DNA of 64,000 bases, from positions 372,001 through 436,000 of the forward strand of contig CAKKNE010000004.1 in NCBI GenBank assembly GCA_918797485.1, in the 5' to 3' direction. The translations under genes and the position numbers were made by a program. Positions 53,100 to 62,075 of this stretch are shown piece after piece. The stretch is from Pelagomonas calceolata. Its lineage: Eukaryota. Every line of letters begins with the position of its first letter. Within the stretch, counting starts at the first letter, position 1. The notes under the pieces are model-generated. The model worked only from the letters and a program-made list of their open reading frames with translations. It was not told where the DNA came from and did not search any database.

Positions 53100-54816
53100 A
53101 TGGTCACGCGCGTCGGCGCCCAGACGGCCATTTACTGCTTGAGCGACGGCGCTAGACTCCCAGCCTGGGCCGAGCAGTCCGACCAGGCGCGACGGAAGGC
53201 CCTGAAGCGAGACGAAAAACTCGGTAGAAGGGTCGAACTCCTCCAAGGTTTAGAATTTGAGGGCGGCGCTTCTAGAAGAATCAAATTCAGCGATGATGGA
53301 CGGATGCTCGTGTGCACGGGAGAGTACCCGCCAGCTTGTAAAGTGTTTGAGTTGTCGCAGCTCGGCCAGAAGTACGAGCGGAGGTTAGGGTGTGCTGCTG
53401 TTGATGTCTGGCCCCTGTCGCCCGATTTGGGCAAGATGGTCTTCCTCTTATCTGATCGCACTCTGGACTTCCACGCGCCCTATGGTACTCATTATAAAGT
53501 GAGAGTGCCCTCGGCTGGAAGAAGACTACTGTACGACGGCGCGAAATGTACGCTACACGTCGCGTCCGGACAGAGATCAGTAGCGCATCGTTTGGACCTA
53601 GACTCAGGCACTTTCTTATCCGATTTGGAGGTAGGCGCTCCCTCGTCGTGCTGCGACCTCGGGAGGGGCGTGCCACTCACGGCCTTCGGCTGCGAAGATG
53701 GGATCGTGCGCTTCTTCGACGCTCGAACCAGTTCTATACAACCCGTGGCTTTACTAGACGTCGGCAACGACGTCACGGCTCTGGCATTCGATGGCGACGG
53801 GTTGAGAATAGCCTGCGGCACGGCCGATGCGGAGGTGAAGTTGTACGATCTGAGAAGTAAACGGCCTACTCTCACAAAAGCGCATCAAAATCTCCTACCG
53901 ATCGTCGACCTGAAGTGGCACTCGTCCTCGCGAGAGACGGCCTCGTCATTAATACTGTCGTCGGACGCTCGCGTCCTCAAAGCCTGGGATTCTCGAGATG
54001 GCAAGGTCTTCACGAACGTGGAGCCCTCTAGTCCCTTGAATCACGTCGCCGTGGCGCCTTCATCGGATGAGCGAGACTCGGGACTCATCCTGATGGCGGG
54101 CGAACAAGCGAGGGTCATGGCCTACTACGTCCCGGCTTTAGGGCGGGCGCCGCGGTGGTGCGCGTCCGTGTGGAAATCAACCAGTGAGTCGTGCTGCTCA
54201 GTCGAGCGGTGAGACTCCGGCACCGCCACGCTATCGAGCAGAGTCGCGTCGATGGCGTGGAGGTCGACAAACGCGCCGTGAACTTTGATGTCCACGCAGG
54301 TGCGCCTTCCTCGACTCGCTCACCGAAGAACTGGAGGAGAAGGGCCAGTCCCACTTCGAGGATTACCGGTTTGTATCTAGGACGGAGCTCGACGAGCTCG
54401 GTGGCGAGGCCTTCGTGGGCACGCCGCAGTTGCGAGCGCACGCGCACGGTTTTTTTATGGATGCTCGTTTATATAAAAGATTACGCGCTGCGGCTGCCCC
54501 GTACGCCTACGACGACTACAAGAAGCAGAAGGTCGCGAAGAAGCTGGCCGAGAAGCAGGAGAGTCGTATTCGTAGAGCTGAAGTGTTACCGGCCGTCAAT
54601 GCGGAGCTCGCTCAGAGATTGCTTTCGCCACCAGAGGAGGACAAGCCGCGGAAGCGCGGCAAGAAGAAGTCGAAGCAGGGTCTCCCTACGCCGACGGAGG
54701 CGAATCCCCTGGGCGACGACCGGTTTGGGGCGATGTTCACCGACGAGCGGTTCCAGGTCGACGAGTCTACGGAGGAGTACAGATTGAGGCATCCTCCCGT
54801 CAAAAGTAAGAAGTAG
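53100..54816 (+). CDS. NOL10: Nucleolar protein 10 / Enp2 (WD40 + NUC153); intron 54158-54299
   Basis: RRVELLQGLEF, TGEYPP, YYVPALGRAPRW|CAFLDSLTEELEE, HGFFMD, DDRFGAMF..F.VD. Confidence 0.93.
54158..54299 (+). mobile_element. Introner intron, family A (element 54166-54299)
   Basis: TIR CCGTGTGGAAATCAA/TTGATGTCCACGCAG; TSD GTGCGCGT/GTGCGCCT. Confidence 0.92.
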
Positions 54817-54906
54817 TATGTGTCACAAGTTAGTATCTATGAATTGTCGCGTCGCGGCGATGGCGTCCTGGTGGCGACGTCGCCTCGACGGCGTGCAGGG
54901 AGTCGG

Positions 54907-55971
54907 TCACCAGTGGCCCCCACCTTTCGGAGGCCTAGCTTCGTCGCCCGGGAAGTACTGCTTCAGGAAGTTCCAGCCCGCCGGCGTCTCCGAGGCGTCC
55001 TTGACCTGGTCGCTGGTCTCGTACCGAAGCCGTACCTTCGCGTCCAACGCCTGGGCCGCACATGAACGCGCGCAGTCGTCGACCAGTAATGTCGTCCCGG
55101 TGCCCATGCCGGTCGCGCTATTGTTGCGCCACGTGCCCCTAGCCATCATGCCGTCGAGCGCGTGCTCGAAGGTCTCGACTAACGCGTCGACGTCGAACGC
55201 TCGTCGAAATTCAGCAAGAGTCTCATCGAGCTGTCTTGAAGCGTGGGCGTGGACCGCTCGTTCCGTCTCGAGGAGTTTCCGCATGGCGTTCCCTTCGCAC
55301 GTCGGCGTATCTCGGTGCCTCGACCCGCCGTGGTACTTTGACAAAGGGGGCAGCACGTCGCCCAGCGGCAGGCGGTGCTTGAGCGCGAAGGCCACCAGCG
55401 ACTCGTTGTATCGTTCCAAAACGAACCAGGATTTGAACCGCTCTTGTATTTGTGAAAGCGCTTCCGTCGTATTGGTGCGAGATGACCCAGCAATCCCATA
55501 GAATTTCAATGCTATAGAAGCGCCTTGTTGACATGGTCGTTTCGGGTGCTTCGAGACCCAGGACCTCAAGCGCGCCTCGGGGCTCCGCGCCGTACCGATG
55601 ACGAAGGCCTGGTTGAAATTCGATCGGATCCAGTCACCAGCACCCCTATGAGCTACGGCCCATTTCGGCCCATGCTTCGGTGTTTTTTCGATCGCATCTT
55701 CGAAGGTCAATGGTTGATTGCCTTTCCACGCTCCCGGGACCCAGCAGGGGATAGATCTTCTCGAGGCGAGGTCCGCGAGCAGCTGCGCCGTCGTCGAGGA
55801 GCCGGTCTCGGGCACTTTCACGAGGACGAGCTGCTTCGGCAGTGGACTAGTGAGGTTGCTCGGCACGGTCACGGGCTTGCTGTGGTCGTAGACCTCGTTG
55901 CAGGCGCATTCTTTCTTCACCGCTGCTGCTGCCGTTGCGAGGAGGAGCATTGCTGCCCCCCGTGGCCGCAT
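54907..55971 (-). CDS. Secretory-pathway sulfotransferase-like protein
   Basis: Signal peptide; LVKVPETGSST (5'-PSB-like), TARSPEARLRS (3'-PB-like), VLERYNESL. Confidence 0.6.
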   Translation of the reverse strand: MRPRGAAMLLLATAAAAVKKECACNEVYDHSKPVTVPSNLTSPLPKQLVLVKVPETGSSTTAQLLADLASRRSIPCWVPGAWKGNQPLTFEDAIEKTPKHGPKWAVAHRGAGDWIRSNFNQAFVIGTARSPEARLRSWVSKHPKRPCQQGASIALKFYGIAGSSRTNTTEALSQIQERFKSWFVLERYNESLVAFALKHRLPLGDVLPPLSKYHGGSRHRDTPTCEGNAMRKLLETERAVHAHASRQLDETLAEFRRAFDVDALVETFEHALDGMMARGTWRNNSATGMGTGTTLLVDDCARSCAAQALDAKVRLRYETSDQVKDASETPAGWNFLKQYFPGDEARPPKGGGHW

Positions 55972-56125
55972 GATGAGGGCAGCCCTTATCTATCAGTGTT
56001 TGTCGTTGTACGCGTTCGCGTGCGCCCGCTGGAATCAGGGCTCAATTCCGGCCATCGTTTCTGGCCGCGTGCCTGCGCAGCTTTGCCAGCATGCGACTCA
56101 CAAAAAAATTTGACTGTGAGAATTT

Positions 56126-56149
56126 GCTAGTATCTTACTGGACGCTAGC
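56126..56149 (-). promoter_or_regulatory. Bipartite CTAGC..ATACTAGC upstream motif
   Basis: Reverse complement GCTAGCGTCCAGTAAGATACTAGC upstream of the gene starting at 55971. Confidence 0.6.
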
Positions 56150-56264
56150 GGATTTCCTGAACCGACGCGATCACTCTCCGAACTTGTAGACTTTCGAATT
56201 TACACTTAGTGATAGATAAGTCACGTCCGGACCACCGCGGACCAAACAAACAACACACAACACG

Positions 56265-57470
56265 CTATCGACGCGGCGGCGGCGGCAGCGCCTCCGACTC
56301 GCCGCGGATCAGCGCCAGGTCCGCGTCGAGCGCCCCCAGGACGTCCGCCACGAGCCGCAGCGCCGACCCGAGCTTTTCCCGAATGAACGTCCTTGCGATG
56401 CGCACCAGGCACCCCCCTATCCGCGGCAGGTCCATGCGCAGGCGCTCCCGCAAGCCTTCTTCCACAAAATCCATCTTAAGGCACCACGTTTCGAGGAGTA
56501 ACCTACGGAGGGCTGGAAACGGTAAGACGGCGCTCAGGAGGTACTCGCCCCACGTTTGCTCTCCTATACTCGTCATTGTAAAAGTCCAGTGGACGTCGTC
56601 GCCGTCCGACGCGTGGTCGAGCCGCAGCTTGAGCTCCGGTAATGATATAACACCGAGCCACAGTCGCAGCTTGACTTGGATCGTGATGTCCACACTCGTT
56701 TCGCCTCCGAACTCGGTTAACGGTGGCACGACGAAGCCTTCCTGACTTCGTACGTGACCATCACAGGTCTCGAAGGCGCACTCGAAGCGGTCATAACCGA
56801 CGCCGTGCGTCCAGAGTTGATCGTCTGTGCCCGGTCGGAACACTCGGACGCGCAAAAACTGCACGTGCCGCAATACCTCGCCGATGGAGGGGTAATGCGA
56901 TTGGAGCTTCTTGAGGTCGATGGGCCAGTGCCACCGGTGCCGCGTCCCGCCTTCTACGGTAAGCGTCTCGCCGACGCACTCGTCGAGCTTTAGAATGCGC
57001 TTGTAGACTTCCTCGAGGTGCGGCGCGCTCTTTGATAGATCGGGGCGCCAAATCGGCGCTTCTTTATTTGCCTCGACGACGCTCTGGAGGCACGCCGCGA
57101 GTTCTTTCGGTCGGAAGAACCCGTCCAGAGCTACTGAGAGCTGGAACGTGCTCACGCCGTCGCCCCGCTCATCAAATGTAGCTGCGGCGCGGACCTTGTC
57201 GCTTTGGTCCTCGTCGTCCCAATGCAAGTCCGCGCCCGTCGCGCGCACCCGCAGCGGCTCGCCGTCGAAAAGCAGGGCCAGCAATCGTCGCCGCAGTTCC
57301 TTCCGCGCGTCGTGCAAAGCGCCGCACGTCTTTGCCGCGTCGTGCAGCGCCTCGATGACGCGCCTCGGCGAAAAGGCGAGCGGCGCGAGGGCGTCGCGGA
57401 TCGGCCGTCCTTTTGCTGGCGGGTCCGGCGCCTCGAGGGCGTGCATCAAGGCGTCGTGGTCGTCCGCCAT
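56265..57470 (-). CDS. Hypothetical protein
   Basis: ~400-aa ORF with globular-like composition. Confidence 0.7.
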   Translation of the reverse strand: MADDHDALMHALEAPDPPAKGRPIRDALAPLAFSPRRVIEALHDAAKTCGALHDARKELRRRLLALLFDGEPLRVRATGADLHWDDEDQSDKVRAAATFDERGDGVSTFQLSVALDGFFRPKELAACLQSVVEANKEAPIWRPDLSKSAPHLEEVYKRILKLDECVGETLTVEGGTRHRWHWPIDLKKLQSHYPSIGEVLRHVQFLRVRVFRPGTDDQLWTHGVGYDRFECAFETCDGHVRSQEGFVVPPLTEFGGETSVDITIQVKLRLWLGVISLPELKLRLDHASDGDDVHWTFTMTSIGEQTWGEYLLSAVLPFPALRRLLLETWCLKMDFVEEGLRERLRMDLPRIGGCLVRIARTFIREKLGSALRLVADVLGALDADLALIRGESEALPPPPRR

Positions 57471-57722
57471 GACTGCTATCCCACAGCACGGATGCGCGAC
57501 GGCAGCGCTCAATTGGCTGGCTCAATGCTGTCGACAAATGACGTTTGAATCCGTCTCGGCGGCTGCTGCGAGCTTCGCGGGGCCGAGTTCGAGCTGTCGG
57601 GGCAGAGATGACCCTCGGAGAGCAGCGGGCTGCTGGCGCGCGCTAGGCCTGCGGTCACCCCTTAGGACCCACATTCGTCTTCTGCGCACCCACATCTTGC
57701 GCCGACAGCGCGCACGCGACGA

Positions 57723-58685
57723 ATGGCGACGCCGAGCAGCGACCAAGCGGCTCAAAAGTACGAGGAAGCCGCGGCGGCCGCCGTCGAGGCGTGCGCCGAG
57801 GACACGGTGGGTCAGACGTGCTACATTTGCATGGACGACGGTTCGAAGGAGGGCCTCGTGCGCGCGTGCGCATGCCGTGGGACGGCGGGCTTCGGCCACG
57901 TGTCGTGTCTGGTTCGGCAGGCGCAGGTCGCGGTGCAGCAAGGTTTGGAGAATGAGGAGAGATGCATTGCCCTGCATCGGGTAAAACGGTGGTATATCTG
58001 TCGCCTCTGCGAGCAACATTACCACGGCGCCGTGTCGAGCGCGCTCGGCTGGGCGTGCTACAAGACGTACTTTGGGAGGCCTGAGGGGGACCACCTGTGG
58101 GAATTGGCGCTCCAGATCCTATGCGGTAGTATGCAAGAGGACAAGATCGGCCGCCTCGCTATCCTCGAGCCGATCGCCGGACGGCTCGCGAGAGAGACGG
58201 AGAGGCACCCGCACAAGCTGTCCCAACTCCTCTACGTGCGCAGCCAGGTCGCCGATTGCCTCGCCCAACTGGGGCGGAACGACGAGTGTCTCGCGCTGCG
58301 GCGCCTGAACTACGAAGCAGGCCCTACGGACGCGTGGTCGCTCGCGACCGACCTCGGCGAGTCGCTCATCACGGCGCGGCACGCTGAGGCGGTCGAGTTT
58401 ACCCGCCACTATGTGGATCGGGCCAAGCGCGAGCTCGGTGAGGAGAGCCCCGTATACGAACAATGCCTCATGAGCTACGCGCGCGCGATCTCCACAGCCA
58501 CGAAACGCTCCCCGGAAATGTTAGCTGAGGCCGAGGCGATCGTCGCCGCCACCGCGCGGAAGTGGCGGCGCCGGTACGGCGACTCGCATCCGAACACGCG
58601 CATCGCAGAGGCCGGGGTGGGGAAGATCCGCGCGAAGATTTTGTTCAATGGCGTGCTCGCGGAGCTGCTTGCTTCTCGTAGGTAA
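57723..58685 (+). CDS. RING-CH-like + divergent TPR protein
   Basis: GQTCYIC..CACRG..HVSC..CRLC, ALGWAC; tandem paralog of the next gene. Confidence 0.82.
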   Translation: MATPSSDQAAQKYEEAAAAAVEACAEDTVGQTCYICMDDGSKEGLVRACACRGTAGFGHVSCLVRQAQVAVQQGLENEERCIALHRVKRWYICRLCEQHYHGAVSSALGWACYKTYFGRPEGDHLWELALQILCGSMQEDKIGRLAILEPIAGRLARETERHPHKLSQLLYVRSQVADCLAQLGRNDECLALRRLNYEAGPTDAWSLATDLGESLITARHAEAVEFTRHYVDRAKRELGEESPVYEQCLMSYARAISTATKRSPEMLAEAEAIVAATARKWRRRYGDSHPNTRIAEAGVGKIRAKILFNGVLAELLASRR

Positions 58686-58878
58686 TTATTGTGTGTAGAG
58701 GGCGAAAACCCGTCAAGCTCTCTGGGCCAGGAGCGCCCGCGTGCCCATTGCGCGCGCGCAGGCGGATTTCGGATTGACATAGACCGATAGAACTCCTCAG
58801 TCGCCTTCCCTGCTACTGCTGGCCAAATCTTATTGCGTTTCATGCAGTAGAAGTGGACGCTTGCTGCACACTGTGATC

Positions 58879-60099
58879 ATGCTCCGCAACAAATGCGCCG
58901 CCTGCGCCACACCGCTGGACTCTCAAGACACGACCAGCTGCGTGCGGTACTTGTACGAATCTAGCGATGCGTGGCCCGGATGCGTGCGGTGCCAGACGCG
59001 CTACTGCAGCGCCGCGTGTCGGCGCGCCCACTGGCGAGACGGTCACGAGCAGGTCTGCGAGGAGATAGCCCGCGGCGGTGGCGCGGAACAGCACTACGCG
59101 GATGAGAAGTACATCGAGGCCGCAGAGGAGGCGATTAAAAAGTGCGCGGACGACACCAAGGGCCAGACGTGCTACATCTGCATGGACGGGGCCGAGACTG
59201 GCGAGGGCTTGGTACGCGGCTGCGCGTGCCGCGGGGCGGCGGGGTTCGTGCACCTGTCCTGCCTGGTCGAGGACGCGCAGGTGCAGGTGGAGCAAGGCCT
59301 GGAGGACGAGATGGAGCACCAGCGACCGATGCTGGTGCCGAGGTTGATGCGGTACCTCCAGTGCCGCCTGTGCCATACCGACTTCTACGGCGCCGTCGCG
59401 GCCGCCCTCGGCTGGGCGTGCTGGGCGTCCTACGTCGGCAGGCTCGAGGGGGACAATCTTCGGAACATCGCGTTGCAGATCCTCGGGGACGCGCTGAAGC
59501 ACGGCAAACGGCACGCGGAGTCGCTCGACGCGCTGGAGGCGAATCTGGTTCGTGTCAGAGAGGGCGAGGACTACGAGGGACGGGAGGGGACCATCTTTTA
59601 CGTCCGTAGTCAGATGGGTGATTGCCTGCGCGAACTCGGGCGCCGTGACGAGTGCCTCGCCCTGCGACGCGAGAACTACGAAGCGGGGGCGGAAGCAGTG
59701 GCGGACGGAGTCGTGTCCATCAAAGCCCACCTGACCCATGCGATCGAATATTGCGAGTCCCTCAATCGGGTCGACAACGCGGCGGCGAAGGCGTTCATGC
59801 GGGACCAGGACCTCATCGCGCGGGTGACGAGCGAGTTCGGCGAGGACCACCCGACCACGCACGGCTGCCTCCACACCTACGCCTTCACGCTCATCGGCGA
59901 CCCTCGGAGACGGTGCCCCGACGACGACCTGGCCGAAGCGACGGCGATCTTCGTCGACATCGCGCGAAAATGGCGACGGAGACTCGGCGCCGCGCATCCA
60001 CAGGCGGAAATGATGCAGGAAGGGGCCAAGATATTGCAGGCGAGGATCGCCTTCAACGGCGTGCTCGACGAGCTCCTCGCTGCTGCCAGGGGAGACTAA
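58879..60099 (+). CDS. MYND + RING-CH-like + divergent TPR protein
   Basis: CAAC..CVRC..YCSAAC..HW..H..C; RING-like motif; LGAAHP. Confidence 0.85.
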   Translation: MLRNKCAACATPLDSQDTTSCVRYLYESSDAWPGCVRCQTRYCSAACRRAHWRDGHEQVCEEIARGGGAEQHYADEKYIEAAEEAIKKCADDTKGQTCYICMDGAETGEGLVRGCACRGAAGFVHLSCLVEDAQVQVEQGLEDEMEHQRPMLVPRLMRYLQCRLCHTDFYGAVAAALGWACWASYVGRLEGDNLRNIALQILGDALKHGKRHAESLDALEANLVRVREGEDYEGREGTIFYVRSQMGDCLRELGRRDECLALRRENYEAGAEAVADGVVSIKAHLTHAIEYCESLNRVDNAAAKAFMRDQDLIARVTSEFGEDHPTTHGCLHTYAFTLIGDPRRRCPDDDLAEATAIFVDIARKWRRRLGAAHPQAEMMQEGAKILQARIAFNGVLDELLAAARGD

Positions 60100-60140
60100 G
60101 TTGTCGTTGTTACACAGCCAGGGAGAAGGGAGCGCCCCCC

Positions 60141-61634
60141 CTACTTCGTCGCCAGCGCCACCTGCCGCGCCGTCCGCGGCTTCTGAGTAATGACCTCCTC
60201 TTCCCCATCCGACTCTGCAAGTTCGCGCTTCTTCGGTAAGAACCTAGTGGTCTCCTTCGATAAGTTCAGGACCTCGGTCTCCCCATCATCATAGGTAATA
60301 GTGTGCTTCGTCCGGCCATTAAAAGCCGTAATGGTACCAGCATACCACGCGCTATCTTTCGGCCACCAGACCTTCAGGCGGCGGCCGACGTTCGCCTCGA
60401 CCTTCTTCTTCGACGATGAAGCTCTCTCACCTCTATAGGAGGCCGCCGTCTTCGCGTCGACGCGATTGTTCAGTCTTCTAGATTTCTCGGCGTCGCGCTT
60501 CTTCAAGTCAGCAGCCGTAGCCTTCACATAAACGCGATGTTTGGAGGCGGCCAACACCAGCGCAAGATTAGCCTTCTCCAACGCAGCGTCCACCCTAGAA
60601 TAATCGGTACCGGACTCGCCGTCTCGCTCCAGATAGACGACGCGAATCCCGTCAAAGATGTCCGGAAAATCATCAACGACGTCGGGGAAGGCCCCCTCGC
60701 AGTCCACAACTACTGCGGTGAACTTGCGCGGCGCGACCTTCTCCCGCAGCGTCTTGAGGTCCCAGCTCTTCACCAATGAAGTAGACGCCGTCTGTTTACG
60801 ACTGGTCTTGTGGAACATCCACTGGCGCTGCGTCATCGTGTCGGGGCCGTCGAGGGCGGCTTTTTTGGCCGCGTAGACGTTGCCCTTCGCCAGCGCCCCC
60901 TTGGCGACGAAGAAGCCACTCCCTTGCAACGTTTTGTTCCTTTCAAGTGTCTCGCACATCTTCGGCTGGGGTTCCACCACCACATGGCCCTTTTTATCGG
61001 AAATGATCTTCTGGATCATGGTGCTCGCGGCGCCGATGCCGCCCCCAATTTCTAACACGCAGTCGCTCGCCGAGAGGCACCACGTCGCTACTAGTTGTTC
61101 ATGGCCTTCGTGGGAGGTCGAGTGGATGGTGTCGCCCGCCGCATTGACCAGCGTGAAGCAGGGCATGGCCGGTGTGGCTCTTCGCAGACCTCGCAACCCC
61201 GCGTCGGCGTGGACCTTGCCGAGGTTCTCGACGATGGAACCTCTAGAAACGTGGTACTCCGGGCTATTTTCTAGAGTTTTGAGGTCACCTTTGTGAGCAA
61301 TACGAGCCTCGCGCCAGCCGTCGTCGCCGCCGGCCTTCTTCTCTAGATCCGCTTCATATTTCTTTTGGGTGGCTTTATTGGGGGCCTTGAGTCTCATGTT
61401 ACCGCGCTCGACCTGGTACTTGATGTCGGCCCTCGTCGCGCCTAACTCGAAGGCCTCGCCGATGGTCTTGGCCTTGGAGTACTTGGAGTAGCGCGTCCAG
61501 CCGGCGCTCTTCCACTTCATCGTTTCTGCACTGGACATCATGAGGAAGACGGACTCGATCGGGGTTTTATCGGCGAACCACCACTCCTGGGGCTGGAGGT
61601 AGTGGCAGGCGCGGGACTTCTTGTCTTCGGCCAT
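60141..61634 (-). CDS. FkbM-like SAM methyltransferase with a C-terminal Tudor domain
   Basis: VLEIGGGIG, VVVEP, VVDCEG; VGRRLKVWWPKDSAWYAGTI..HTITYDDGETEVLNL. Confidence 0.8.
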   Translation of the reverse strand: MAEDKKSRACHYLQPQEWWFADKTPIESVFLMMSSAETMKWKSAGWTRYSKYSKAKTIGEAFELGATRADIKYQVERGNMRLKAPNKATQKKYEADLEKKAGGDDGWREARIAHKGDLKTLENSPEYHVSRGSIVENLGKVHADAGLRGLRRATPAMPCFTLVNAAGDTIHSTSHEGHEQLVATWCLSASDCVLEIGGGIGAASTMIQKIISDKKGHVVVEPQPKMCETLERNKTLQGSGFFVAKGALAKGNVYAAKKAALDGPDTMTQRQWMFHKTSRKQTASTSLVKSWDLKTLREKVAPRKFTAVVVDCEGAFPDVVDDFPDIFDGIRVVYLERDGESGTDYSRVDAALEKANLALVLAASKHRVYVKATAADLKKRDAEKSRRLNNRVDAKTAASYRGERASSSKKKVEANVGRRLKVWWPKDSAWYAGTITAFNGRTKHTITYDDGETEVLNLSKETTRFLPKKRELAESDGEEEVITQKPRTARQVALATK

Positions 61635-62075
61635 CGTTTTGTGTTCCGGCTGGCGGCGGCGGCGTGTAGCGGGCTTGGTCTGTGGCTGGCTCTGCCGAAG
61701 CTGGCTGTTTCGGCGCGCGCTGGCGGCGTTTTCCGCTTGAAAGCGAGCGCGGGCGATAGCCTGGTATATCAGTCACTGCCTCAAGCAGTGCTGGTGCGTG
61801 GGAAACAGTAATGCAGCTGTATGCGGCTCGTAAAGTTTGAGCAGCCTCTCGCGCCATTTTGGTAACACACTAGCCCTATGAGTTGGTCTTGCGTCTCGAC
61901 CCTCGTTTGACGTCAGCTGCACGTGTAGAAGGCCCCTTGCAGGCAATTGGCACGGACCTAGGCTGAATGTCGGCCGCGCGTGAGCGGCGCGACGGCCGAT
62001 GCAGGACACATACCCCCCACGCCGCCGAGGCTAGAGCCGAGGCGCCCCACCACGCGACACGGAAAGTACACGTCC

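Noticed and set aside
55790..55835. Glu in place of the usual Lys in the sulfotransferase PSB-like loop (KVPETGSST)
   Set aside because: Family assignment is only moderate, so a claim of lost activity is unsupported
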